Shown here: positions 51,037 to 64,000 of the stretch, one piece after another
Layout of the letters: each line of letters starts with the position of its first letter
How positions within the stretch are numbered: the stretch's first letter is position 1
Position numbers and translations under genes: made by a program
The notes under the pieces: model-generated
What the model was told of the DNA's origin: nothing
The model's database searches: none
What the model saw: the letters and a program-made list of their open reading frames with translations, nothing else
From: Sphagnum compactum
Lineage: Eukaryota
Assembly (NCBI GenBank): GCA_965153455.1
Contig: OZ234493.1
Coordinates: 10,592,213 to 10,656,212, forward strand
Length of the DNA: 64,000 bases
Direction of reading: 5' to 3'

Positions 51037-53219
51037 CAAATTTTTACTGGCTAAAGAAGAAAAGTGAGGGATAGGTAACTGCGGGTCCAAGTTCTTGTCC
51101 CTTGGTGTAGTTGACAACTTGACCAGCCGGCCATTTTTAACATTGGAAAGCAATGGCGTCTTTATTGGCTCTGCCCTTCAGGGAAGAGACATTGTGATGC
51201 ACCCAAAAACAGGCCAAAGTTTGGTATCCCTGCATTGTAGCAGAGTAGAGTATAGAAACATTTGGGGATAACTAAAGGATCCACTTGGGCTTGATCACCA
51301 GGTGTTTCAAATTTGGCATGTTGAATATTTATCATCCTTATGGATGTCATTTAAAGGGCAGAGCCATTGCACACAACCAGCTCCTTGTTTCCTTGGAAGT
51401 AACTAACTGGTTGTCAAGTAACTAAGATTCATTTTGACTCTAATTTGTAGACCATCTTCCTTGCCTTTATCTGTAATCCCGGTTGCTACTGGTTGATGCT
51501 AATTAAACTATTGAGTTGCAAATGAAATCAAATATATTTCGTGCTAGTGAATAACAGTAAATATCCTTTTTTATATGGTAAAGTTTTGTAAAATAGCAAA
51601 ATTGAATATAGAAAATGTGAAAATGGAGTGATTTAATGCACTTTTCAAATGCCAGAAATCAAAATTAAAAATGAAAATCACCAAATTCTTTATTTGGTTC
51701 CAGCTAATAGCCCAAAACATAAAAGAATGTTTTTTCCCATTTTGACTGCTTTCATGTATGGTTTGTGGTCGAAGTTTGGCTAAATATTCGTATGGATGAT
51801 CACCACTTACCCCAAGCTGCAGAACAAACTTTAACGGTATGTACTATACCAATTTCCCAGGTTTCATGCCCTCAAACTTACTGACAAGTGAATGGATGGT
51901 GATACCATATAGACACTGGAGAGACTAGAAACAAATTGGAAAGAAAAAGGTAAAGGGAAAAAATGGCCCATTCTTTATACATGAGAAGCCTGAAGGGTTT
52001 CGGGTTTAGGCAGTGTTTACCCTAAACCCTCTTGATCCTCCCCTTTTTCTGGGTGCCCACCATTTGGGAGCAGCTAGGCACCTCAATGGGAACAAGGCCA
52101 ACTAACTCTAGGTCTGAATGGCCCTTAAGTGGTGTTTGCTATTGGATGTGCTTGAGTGGTAGCTAGCTAGGTAGATCCCTTAGCTGTGAGCTTTACTGAA
52201 ATAAGGGCCCATGGGAGGCAGAGCCAAGCATGAGTTTGATTTTGGTGAAGTCCATCCACAGTGACATAAGCATAATATGGCATCATAGGTGGATTTTGGC
52301 GTCATAGGTGACTTTCGACATCATCCATTCACACCTTATGTGAGGTAAATCTCCTCTCCTTCACCCGCTTCAGCTGCATTCCTGTTTTTTTCTTTCATCT
52401 TGCATTTTATCCTTTAAAATTTGTGTGTTTTTTGTTTTTCATTCTCTATGTGAAGTCTTTTTGGTCCTTGTTTTCATATGTTCTAATTCATTTTGGCTTT
52501 TTAGAGTTTTCTCATCTTCAACTTTTGTGATATTTTTTCATGTTTCTATTTGTGCAACACCATCTTTTTCTTTGGTTGCAATTCTTCTTGATTTCAATTT
52601 CTTTTGCTGCAATATTTTTCATCTTCGTTAGTGTTTTTTAATTTCATTGTTTGCAACACTCTATATAGCTTCTATTGTGTATTTGTTGCATTCTATTACA
52701 TTATAGGTTCTTCACAACTTTTTCGTTTTGTTTCAATTTTCACATACATTTCATTATTGGATGTTTCATTTCTAGGTTGCACGTAATGATAGTCACCAGC
52801 TGCCGACAATTCATAAGGTTGTTTCACCGTAGTCGTTTGTGTTGGTGGCGTTGGTGTTTGTTCTTGGTTTTGTTACATTGTAGGTTTGATTCATTGAATT
52901 TTATTTTCATCTCCTTTTCCTTTTTCCAATTCAAGCATTTGTAGTGTCAATGTTAGATTATTGTTCTCTCCAATGCAAGTTTGTTTTGGTTTCATTCTCA
53001 CTCATGGATGATATTCAACTTTTTGTTCTGGTATGTTTTGTGACTTGCATTGAACTACTTCAAAATTTCTTTAGATACATTTTATGAATCTTTTTCTTGG
53101 AATTTGAAATTTATTCTATAAACAATGCTTTGATTTCATGTCTATATAATGGTTTGTTGTTATCACTGGTTTGCATGACTATTGATTATCATTAGTTTCA
53201 AACTTTTTAGGTTTAGATC

Positions 53220-53850
53220 TTGGCCATTTAAAAAAACTAGTTAAATCTACCACTTAGTTCTCTCAATTTTTTATGATTGAATATGATGATGAAAAGTGGA
53301 TAGAAAATTTTCAAATGAGCAAATTCACATTGTTCCAAACTATTGAGAAAGTGTAGTCATTGATAGTCAAACAAGATACCAAGTATCATAAAGCCATTCA
53401 TGTGGAAATTTGGTTAGCATGTTCCATTACTAGCTCATTCAAAGTGCAAATCCCTTCATTTGTAGTGAATTATTCACTATTGGTAAATCTACTAACTCTT
53501 TAGTTATTCATGCAAATTTGTTTATGCCATCAATGTTGTATATCAAAATTTGATTTGGTGGCCAAAAGGTCCTAAGATGCGAGTCCTAAGATCCATGGAC
53601 CAATTTAAACATTGGTGTCATGGCTTACCTTGTGTTTAGGGATCAATTGACAATGACCACATCTCTATTAGTGAACCTATAAAAACATATGCAAATGATT
53701 ATTATTATTCTAATGTAGGAGGATATGACATTGTTGTTCAAATGTAGTTGACCATAATTCTATCGATCAACTATATAATCATTGAACTCCATGTGACTTT
53801 CATTCTTGATGTGTTCATATGTGCTTGCATCTTGCACAACGTGCTAAGGT
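53220..53850 (+). pseudogene. PIF/Harbinger-type (HARBI1-like DDE) transposase relic with internal deletion
   Basis: Broken peptides EYDDEKWIENFQMSKFTLF, KQDTKYHKAI, SELFTIGKST, GLPCV*GSID and CACILHNVL. A convergent decayed ORF at 54226-54765 (-) could be the partner gene. Element ends not found. Confidence 0.75.
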
Positions 53851-55365
53851 TTAAAAGTGAATTTCACATTCAATAACTAATTCACGTTCATCACTGAGAA
53901 TCACAATGAAATCATCAAGGATATTTTCAGCCAATGCCTCCAATTGATACTAAACCGACACAATATGGCATTGAAGGCCAAGAGTAATCTAGAGAATAAA
54001 TTTGAAAGGACTTAACCATCTACCTTGGCTAATAGCAAAATGTTTTTACATGAATTAAGTTTCCTTCACATATTCTATCAAACCTAACATGCATTATACC
54101 AACCCTTGTTTAAAATGAAATGAAATAGTTCCAATTGAAGCTTAATCAAATATTGCATGTAATAGTTCATAATATCATCTATGAATTTTCATAATCTAAA
54201 AATTGAACAAGAATTTTAAAATAGCTCATCTTGAATTGAATTTTTGAATAAAATCAATGTTTAACATGTTATTGAATGGTTGTTGTTGTGCATGAATTGT
54301 AGTCACATTAACATTGGCTCTAATAATTGCAAAGGTTGAACTCATTGTATTTGTAAGATTGGTAATGGCATTCACCAAACTCATTTGCATTGTTTTCATT
54401 TCCTTGTCTTTTAACATGTATTATTCCAATGACTTCTACAACATCACCTCAAATGCGTTTTTTACTACAATTCAATGTTAAAGCTAGTTAATGGAATTGA
54501 CCATTATCTAACTTTTTCTCTATGTTGCCTCTACCATACTTTTGTGCGTCAAAAAATATTATTTTTTAATGCATGTGCATTAAAAATTTGACCAAAATCT
54601 CATCATTTCTTGTTGATTAAAGTTGGCATTAATAGAAAGGGTTGTGGGATTTGCAAAGGTGGCATTGGGTCTTCTTATTCTAAAGTTGGGAATGTAATTA
54701 TTCATTTGGTGTTTTTGCAACCTATGGGAGGGTGCATGAACATCCAATTGCGTTTGACAAGTCACATGTGACTATAGTCGTGTTTGACAAGTCACATCAT
54801 GTAATCATAGTTGCATTTGACAAGTAACAAGTGACCATAGTCGAAGATGACATAGTCTTTGGATGGAAAATAAATGTCAACAAAATATATTTTCATCCTT
54901 TGATTGAACGTATACATATTTCACTACTAGGAAATGCGTCCTAGTTCACTATGGGTTTCACTAGATTTTTGAATGAATTTGGACAATTTCACTAGGTGAA
55001 ATTGTTTAACCCCCTAGTGAACGGGGACCAGTTGCTACGGACAATGACTTGTTTCACTAGTAACTAGTGAAACAAGGTTATTATCAAGTGAAATACAAAT
55101 TTACCAAACCATTCACTTGCTAGTTAATTAACTAACCAGTATGAAAATTAATTAAATTTTAATTATTTAATATATAATACTATTGATAATTTCATTGATT
55201 TTTAAAGCCTATTATTTATTGACACGTGTCACTACTTACGCTAGGTTAAAAACCTAGCCTAGGTAAGTAGGTAGGCCACGTAATCAACCTAGGCACCTAA
55301 CCTAGGAATTCGATAGGAGAATATTCGATCAACATACCATGTTGACCACACACAACACCACCCAT

Positions 55366-55424
55366 GAAGTTTGATCCCTTAACCTTTGGAATGGGGGCAA
55401 ACACTTTTACCATCAAACCACCCC
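55366..55424 (-). other. tRNA-like / Pol III A-box + B-box cassette inside CACTA element 2
   Basis: Minus strand GGGG-TGGTTTGATGG-(32 nt)-GGATCAAACTT. More degenerate than the copy at 23146. Confidence 0.45.
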
Positions 55425-55534
55425 ACTTGTTGTGATAATATGTTACATTACATTCTATTTATCAAATACTTCATTTTGAACATTACAAAAATATAAACTT
55501 TAAAAATTGGCAATCCTAAGCAATTATAATATAT

Positions 55535-56520
55535 GGCTATTGGTTGTTTTTTTATTAGTGCTATTGGTGGTTATTAATGGCTACTGGTACCTATTCTATT
55601 TATGACTATTCTATTAATGACTACTGGTGGCTATTCTATTAATAGTTATTCGTGATTAATGTATTAATGGCTATTGGTGGTTATTATATTAATGGCTATT
55701 GGTGGCTATTTTATTAATGGCTATTTGTGATTAATTTATTGATGAATACTGGTGCCTACTCTATTAATGGTTATTGGTGGCTAATATATTAATGGTTATT
55801 TATGATTAATCTATTAATGGCTATTGGTGACTAATCTATTAATGGCTATTGGTGGCTATTCTATTAATGGCTATTATGGCTATTCTATTAATGGCTACTG
55901 GTGGCTATTCTATTAATGGCTATTGATGGCTATTCTATTAATGGCTATTGGTGGCTATTTTATTAATGGCTATTCGTGATTAATGTATTAATGGCTATTG
56001 GTGGCTATTTTATTAATGGCTATTCATGATTAATCTATTAATGGCTATTGGTGGCCAATCTATTAATGGTTATTTGTGATTAATCTATTAATGGTTATTT
56101 GTGATTAATCTATTAATGGCTATTGGTGGCTATTCTATTAATGGCTATTGGTGACTATTCTATTAATGGCTATTGGTGACTATTCTATTAATGGTTATTA
56201 TATTAATGGCTATTGGTGACTATTCTATTAATGGCTATTGGTGACTATTCTATTAATGGCTATTGGTGGCTATTCTATTAATGGCTATTGGTGGCTATTC
56301 TATTAATGGCTATTGGTGACTATTCTATTAATGGCTATTGGTGGCTATTCTATTAATGGCTATTGGTGGCTATTCTATTAATTGTTATTGGTGGTTATTC
56401 TATTAATGGCTATTGGTGAATATTCTATTAATGGCTATTGGTGGCTAATCTATTAATGGCTATTGGTGGTTAGTTTATTAATGGCTATTGGTGGTTATTG
56501 ACGGTTATTTTATTATGGTT
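55535..56520. repeat. Minisatellite, 25-bp unit TATTAATGGCTATTGGTGGCTATTC
   Basis: Near-perfect 25-bp periodicity over about 55830-56470, with degenerate edges. It lies inside CACTA element 2. Confidence 0.96.
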
Positions 56521-58708
56521 ATTAATGGTTATTGTATTATAAGTTATTGTTGGTTATTATATGTTATATTACAACTATTGGTGATTATTGTATTATAAAT
56601 TATTGTTTGATATTCTACGTTATAATATCATAGGCTATTGGTAGTTATTATATTGTAGGGTATTTAAAATTATTTTTCATAGGTTATTATTTTCTATTTT
56701 AAGTTATTTTTACCTTATGCCATTATATTTTGTTTTAGATTATTTTTAAGTTATTATGCTTAGGATAAAATCATTTATAATAACATTAAGTAGAATGACC
56801 TTGAATAATTTAAAGTATAACTTGAAATAACATACATTAATTTAAAATAAATAACCTAAGGTATAGCCTAAAGTTAGTTGAATAATTTAATTTTACATAA
56901 TTTAAAAGCTTATAATAAACTAGTTAAGATACTTTTAGGTAAAATAACATATAATAATTTAGGGTACAATAATTTATAATAGCCTATAATAACATAAAAT
57001 ATAAATTAGAATAAATAAAGTAGCTTAAAATAATATAGGGTATATCATAAAGTAACATAGATAGAATATTTTAAAAAACATAGAAATAAACCTATTTCCT
57101 ATAGTAAATTGTAATAGTGAATTATGTTAACTAGAAATGAAACATGATGTCTACATAATGATATTATAATGAAATAACTTTCACTAGGTGAAATCAGTAA
57201 AATGCAATGAAGTTATTTCACTTTTAAGGTCCCATAGTGATTTAAGCTAGTAAACTACACCCCTCTTTGGTAGTAGTGTTTTTTCTTGACAACTAACATG
57301 CAATTGATTCGGCTACCACTAACATGATATGTTGACATGTGATAGCATTTTTTAATATTTTAAAATTATTTTTATTTACTCCTTAAAAAATCCACATCAA
57401 CCATTTTGGATGATCTTAAATCATGACACATGGCACAATATAAACTTTCCATGTGACATATGAATTGTGTCTATTTTTAAGGTCAATTATTTGGTGACAT
57501 GTGGCACATTTTTCACCAATTTTATTTTACTTTTTTTTGTTAATTAATTATGTTTAGATTTTCAATTTTAGGTCAATAAGATGTCAACACATGGCATCTA
57601 TGTAGATAGGTAAAGAGGCTAGGCCAAAGGAGAGAAGTAGGCAAGCCTAAGCTAGTTAGGTAGGTTTTAGATAATCCTACTTCATTTTGGGTTAACTTTT
57701 AGTGTTGAGCTTCTTTATTAGTTCATCCATTAAATGGCACTTGAATATATCTAGGGCACCTAATTATATATTCCACACTAGAAGAATGGAAGACAAAATA
57801 TATGGGTTAAACATTTTAGTTATAAATTTATCAACTTAGTCGCAAGTTATTTGCAACTATTTCCTAGTATTTATTTTATATTAACCTAGTTTACCTACTA
57901 ATTATACTATCTATTACAAGTAATAATTATAAAATATAAAAATAATAATATAATATTTTAATTATTTAATAATAATTTAAAATATTAATTTCAGTAAATG
58001 TACTAGCCATTTAATTATTATTATAATATAATAATAATTTAGTAAAATAATAATAATGAAAATGTTAGTAATAATACGTATTAAATTAGTATTGTAGTAA
58101 CTAATTTGGGCTAGTTATTTTAATATGATTATTATTTTCACTTGTTATATCTATTAATAATTATTATAATAAATATTTAATAATAATAATAACCAAAATT
58201 TGGTATGGGGATGTGCGTAAGTTATTTAATTATATGGGACAAAGGATGTGGGATAAAGTTGTAGTGTTTCTCTTGAACATTAGAATGCATCCCATTGTCC
58301 ACAACTTCAATTTTATAAACTATAGTCATAATTTGCATTAAAAACAATCTTGAAATGCAAATGCCCCTTTGGATGGGCCAATCAAAAACTAGGCTTGTCC
58401 CCAACAAAATAAATAAGATCTCACCTACATATATACCTACCTACTTAGGTTAGGCTAGGTTAGTTTGAGTAGAGACCACATGTCATGTCTATAATCAAAT
58501 GTTTGTGATGTTGTAATCATGTTTATAGTCATATGTCCAATCATGTCTCTAGTCATATGTTGAACTTAACCACCGTCATTGAGGTCAAATGGACTACCAT
58601 TTATGATTACAACAATGTCTATGACTATATGGCAAAAACAATGAATTTATATTGATTGCATCATCATGTAGTCATCAGTGCCACACATGCTCCTAATTCA
58701 ATTAATAA

Positions 58709-59624
58709 TGATGCACCCTCAAACTCCTTGAGAGACCCGAATGCGGGTCCCAAGATGAAACAACGAAAAAAGAAAGGAGTCGGGGCACACTCCCTAGCTC
58801 ACAACATTTTTGGGGTAGGAGAACGTGCTAGAACTTCAGATGGGACTAGAATGAACGCACAAGCAAAAGTTCAATATGAAATTAACCTACAGAACTAAAC
58901 AAAGAAGGCAATTAGTGGAAATTGAACACAAGTGGTGCGACAGACTTAGTAAGGACAACCTCAAACTCAAACTTTACACAACCTGCAACCTTTGGGAAAG
59001 GGCACCACTCCCTTTCCCATAGTATACTCTGTAAGTTTCTACATGGGCTACATCCAAATGGCACTTTTTTATGGGATTCCCAAATGGGAGTCCCAAAACT
59101 GGGACTCTTATTGTTTCAAAATTTTAGTTGTTTTATATCTTCTTCAAATCAAGCCTGTTTGGAACATGCAAGGGCAATATTTTATAGGATTCAACAAGAT
59201 GTTTTAAATGGTGTATGGTAAGCCCCAATTGGAGCTCATTTGACCCCTTCTCTGAAAGGTTTTGTGGTCAAGAGTCAAATTCCCAATTTGACTCTTGGCC
59301 CTTCTTTTGATCATAAATTATGCATTTCAAGTTTGAACGAACAATGCAAGGACACTTTAAATAGTTTCATTTTAAGACCTTTCTAATGGTATCTTGGAAG
59401 CCCAAATTGGTGCTTGTTTTCACTTTCAACTAAGGCTCTAAATATTTGAGATTTCCTCACGAATGTAACTCCTCAAATGGAAGTGCACTTTGGGAGTCAT
59501 TGGGCTCATTCTCTTGCATTTCCCCCACTTGTAAAAGTGTGTTTTACTCCTAAACCTATTTTCTTGGCCTCATGTGCTTTTGCACTCCACACTTAGTTAC
59601 AAACCCAATGTTAAGGTTACAACA
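58709..59624. mobile_element. Probable solo LTR (916 bp)
   Basis: TGATGCACC...GGTTACAACA (TG...CA with a short imperfect terminal inverted repeat). 5-bp flanks AATAA / AACAA. Higher GC than the surroundings and no retroelement coding sequence attached. Confidence 0.7.
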
Positions 59625-62099
59625 AACAAGGTTTTTTGGATTAATTTTTTATTGAAATGGAATATGACTTTTGTTTCCTCTTGCTTTTGCTTGTCTTGTT
59701 TATTGAAATGTTTTCATCATTGGGAAATAACAATCGTAATCAACTGCAATGAGATTAATCCTAATTTGTAACAATAATTATAATGTATGTCTTACAACTA
59801 TTAGAAATTTTGTATTATGTAACCATTCAATTTGCAATTGTATTCAATTATTGTCATTTGTAATTGTGTTTTATCATTTACAATACTCACCATACTTTTC
59901 TATTATTTTTGTGATTATGTTGCAATTACAAAATTACACACCCTTCCATATTGATTAACTTATTGGTAGTGAAAATTAAAAGGGGGTCAATTTGAAGGCA
60001 ACTTCACATCAAGGACCTAGGCATAAAATAAGTGTTCAACTTGAAGTTCCTCTTGATTGCTTGAAATAATCCATTGTAATCATGTCTTAGTTTTTCTATG
60101 TTCGATCGTTTCCCCTTCAAGTAGGGAAGAAAAGACACCATTGTTATATTGAGAAAATTAAAGTGCCATAAAACTACATCAAAAGGGTTTCAAGCTAAAT
60201 GGTCCATGGGAAAGGGTGCAAATATGGTCAAATGAAACAAAAAAAATTCAGATAATGATGAAAATTATAAACATTTTTACATACATTTTTGTTTTGACAT
60301 TTTAAAATTATTTTAATTGTGATAAGTGACTAATTTGAGTGTTGAGGAATTCAAATTAAAAATTCATTAATTTTGGGTTTTAATTTTAATTAAAGACTTT
60401 TGAACTTGAACAATAGTTACATTAAAAACAATTTTGTAATTTAAATAGTCAATTTTGCAAAGGACCAATGTAAAAGACTCTTTTAGTAAGAAAATTTGGT
60501 GGTCAAATCTAGATGATAGTAACCTACTACCCACACTCAAAAAACATTCACAATTTAAAAGTTATGGAATTTGAATTCTTTTAAAATTCAAAATGTGTTT
60601 CAAATTCTCAAAATTTCAATTCTCATTTTACCCATGTAAATGGGGTGTAATGGGTGAATACAAGGTATGGTGGTTCACTTTTGGATTAAGTAACAATTTC
60701 TACAAGTTGTTAAATGTGTTTAAATGCTTATGGTCAATAATTTAATTTTAAATACATTAAATGATGACTCATTATAGGTTAACAACTTGATTATGAAAAC
60801 AATTGCACAATGTTTTTAAAAATTAATGCATTCATTATCAATAGTGGATTTTTTAAATAAAAAATATGGACTAATTAATTGATTGGATTATTACAAAATT
60901 CAAGAATTCATATTTTTCCATTCCAAATTGTTTATAGTGACTAAACATGGGTTGAAGAATGAAATAGTAAAATTAAATGTGAAATCTTTTTTTGTGAAAC
61001 TTTAACAAAATGGCAATTATGAGCTTTTGAAGGGTCAAAATTGAACCTTGTTTTCAAAAGTCCTTTTGAAATGATTTTTATTCCATCTATAATTTTTTTG
61101 TGCCCAATGGGTACATAATTGAAATATTTAAATGAGCTTTTATTTTTATGGACTTTATGGGTTTTTTTTTTAGGATTTTCAAAGTGATTTCGCCATATTA
61201 GCTAACAACAACATTTTTCAATATGGGTTTTGAATTAATTTTGAGAGATTTCATAAGTGACTAAAACTTTAGTATTAAAGATTACACTTATGAAATTTTA
61301 GAATTTGAGACCATATCCATATATGGATCATTCATAAAAACTTGCTTGACATTTATGAATGTCGTATCTATCTAAATTCAAACACTAAACAATACATACA
61401 CCTTAATGTACATCACATATAAAACAAGGTTGTAACTTATGATACAACAAATTAAAACTAAATAATTAACATATTTTGGTATAATTTGAAATTATGATAT
61501 TTATTCAACAATGACTAACACAAAACATGTGATATATTGGGGCAACTATATGTATTTTTTATTACAAGTTGCAAAAAAATCCATTAAAACTTTCTTTTAT
61601 ATGAAAAAATGAAAATGACTAAGAAAAGATTCTCAATATTAAAATAATCATGTTAGTTACTTTGAGTGTATTTGCATCCAAAAGTGGAAAGCAAGTTGCA
61701 CCTCTTGCCTCAAGGCCCAATCAAAAATGCATGAATATAAATGTAGCTGGGGAAATCCCAAGTGGAAAGCACCAAGGGGGTCCAAACTTGAAACCTATGC
61801 CCAAGGGGGGAGGGGAGGAGGCCTAAAAAATGGGTTGAAGCAACCAACTCGCCGCCCAAAGAAAGAGCCTAAAAGACCAAATGGTGCATTTAATGACAAG
61901 CCATGTCATGGCATGTAAACAAGGCCCGACAACTAGAACATGAGATGTCAAAGCATGGCACCTCCTTTGAAATTTCCATCCAACCCACCCTCTTATAGTG
62001 CAACTTGTGAAGTGAGTTTCATAATCCAATGTGTGAAGTCCTACTTGGAAACTAGAGCTATCAAAAAAATGCCCTCATGAGACATGACCATTTCACCCA

Positions 62100-62104
<5 letters not shown>

Positions 62105-62138
<34 letters not shown>
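62105..62138. repeat. (TA)n microsatellite
   Basis: Perfect AT dinucleotide run of about 17 units. Confidence 0.95.
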
Positions 62139-62142
<4 letters not shown>

Positions 62143-64000
62143 GACATCATTGCAAGGTTATAGCCTTTTGGAAGTTGAAAGGCACTGATAGATGCCACCA
62201 CCCAAATCATAGAGTTGTAGCACCAAAGTGATTTGCAATTGAAGATCCAACACTAGTGGCATGTGATTGGAGAGATAGAAGGCTACTTGAAGTGCAATAG
62301 TCAAACTCACAACTAGAAACAACCAAACTCCTTCATGACATAGACCTATAGTGCCAATGGAAGCATCAACCTAGATTTCCTTACCAATACACGAAGTTCT
62401 TGCTACACTAGTTATTTCACACATATATGTACCCTTTCCAATGATCTCCATGAAACATAGCAAGATACCATAGAACACTTTTTATGGTCATAGTATCCAG
62501 GTTCTCCCTTTCACAAAAGACAAATTATTTTCACTTATGACATTTGACATCATTCCTAGTAGGCATATCTATTACTATCAATATCTGGAATGCACCTATT
62601 TTTTATCATTTTTTATCATGATTTTCACCTTGGATAACTTACATTAATTTAAGGCTTTTATAAATGTTCCCCCAGCTGGATATGTAAAGTAGTTGGAAAA
62701 AATGCCTAGTGCATTTGGAGGGCACCTTATATCCATGAAGATCCCTCCTAGAAAAGAGTATGGATCTTTAGTCCTAATATTTAGGAGTGAGAGGGACCTT
62801 ATACTTGTCTACTTACCTTCCCAGACCAAAATAGTAGGCATAAGATCCATCCTACTCCTACCACCACATGTATGTATGTTTAGGCTTATTATAAGGTTCT
62901 CCTCCTAATTTACATTGGATAAAAAGGGTTGGGGGGGGGGGTCCCCAAAATGCAGACTCAGAGTTGAAGACTGCCTTGTCCTAGGGCCTTTATTTTGGTA
63001 ATGCCCCTACCCAAGGCATTACAAATTACCCTACACTTAATCCACATTCGTATAAAAAAATTAACATTTAATTGTCTATGTTTAAAATGAGATTTGTTAG
63101 GATCTCCATTGCACTTATTATTACATCTAGCATCCCTAAGACTAAGTCACCTACTTAATGCCAAAAAAAAAAAAAAGGATTTAATAAGGGTTTCGCAAAT
63201 CTGGTGCTTCATAGAATATAGTGTGGCCTGTGCCATTGGCTCAAGTGTTACCATGTCCTCAACTGATTTTTCCTTCCAAAACCTGGTTTTTGGAAATTTA
63301 TTAGAATTTTCAGCGGCAGAAATCACTTAAAAATCAATATCTCCCACATTCTGAATCCAAAATCTTACAAAATAAATTCCATTATATCCTGCTCATCAAG
63401 ATCTTTCCAAGAACACCAAAGGCACATTCCAATTCCTCTGAAATTTTCAGCTCCAATTTAATTTCATTTTCAGTGAAGAAATCATTCAATATTCAAGAAC
63501 TTTTGCACTGCAAGTCCAAACATCATGGAACCAAACCCATGCACCCCTCCTCATCGCATCGAGAGCTTTCGAAAGACACCAAGAACACAATCTGAAGCAT
63601 CCCAGTTTGGTGGATCTCATAACTACAAAACAAACTACCTTCCTTCATAGATAGATTAGCTCTCCCTACCCTTCCTCCCCCTAACTCTCTTCATGGGTCA
63701 TGCTCTTCTACATGTGCTAATGTTGCAGATCAAAAGGAGGAAAGTGTAGGGGTAAAACAGCTGAGGATGATGCATTCCCAAAATAAGCACCTGCCCCAAG
63801 GTGGAGCCAAGAGGCAGCTTATTTTGAGAACACCCCCCAATCCTCGGTTGTTACCCAGCATAAAGACCTATGAGAAATCTTTTGTTTAAAAACTCTCACA
63901 ATACCCACCAAGTATCATGGAAAAAAGAGGGCACAAAAATGCACTTTAGAACATATCCTCCAAATGCACTATTGAATTCTTGCTATGTCTTTAGGGATGA

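Larger units (their letters stand above)
54922..57278. mobile_element. Non-autonomous CACTA element, 2.36 kb, TSD TTT
   Basis: CACTACTAGGAAA ... CTTTGGTAGTAGTG. TTT on both sides. TTCACTAG-type subterminal repeats at both ends. Confidence 0.88.

Noticed and set aside
52256..52275. CACAGTG as a Transib/RSS-like terminus
   Set aside because: No matching right end or nonamer was found, and the nearby transposase relic is Harbinger-type.
50671..63006. 12-kb Harbinger element bounded by GGGCATTAC.../...GTAATGCCC
   Set aside because: These two motifs are half-copies of the dispersed palindrome family found at many other sites, and there is no matching TSD.
63270..63657. Possible SINE-like repeat ending in TAGATAGAT
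   Set aside because: It looks like a dispersed repeat but is single-copy in this window, with no A/B boxes or TSD that I can show.

Overview
Eukaryotic land-plant genomic DNA, probably a moss or other bryophyte (inferred from intron-rich plant genes and the repeat types, not proven). There are three intact protein-coding genes. A 13-exon glutamine-dependent NAD+ synthetase lies at 1203-6959 (+). A 14-exon chloroplast kinase-like/fibrillin protein FBN11/PAP14/ORG1 lies at 32935-37742 (+). A 2-exon, low-complexity plant protein of the 'KAAAWA..QH / RxxRFKIEA / LFDSYE' family lies convergently at 42299-40216 (-). An AT-rich nested transposon stack fills 9028-26296. Its outer element is a dead hAT, which holds a dead Copia, a GGG...CCC MITE and a non-autonomous CACTA. 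The Copia is itself split by a one-ended Gypsy fragment and a second GGG...CCC MITE. A second AT-rich island (about 52-62 kb) has a Harbinger nuclease relic, another non-autonomous CACTA and a solo LTR. The most unusual structures are: (i) two distinct CACTA elements sharing a tRNA-like Pol III A/B-box cassette next to a TAATGGCTA-core minisatellite; (ii) two different TIR elements with GGG...CCC ends and 4-bp TSDs (Sola-like signature); (iii) an old ~115-bp palindromic family with about 10 copies seen only in the gene-rich half; (iv) a Gypsy fragment joined seamlessly into a Copia RT with no 3' LTR or TSD. No prokaryotic-type system such as CRISPR is present.
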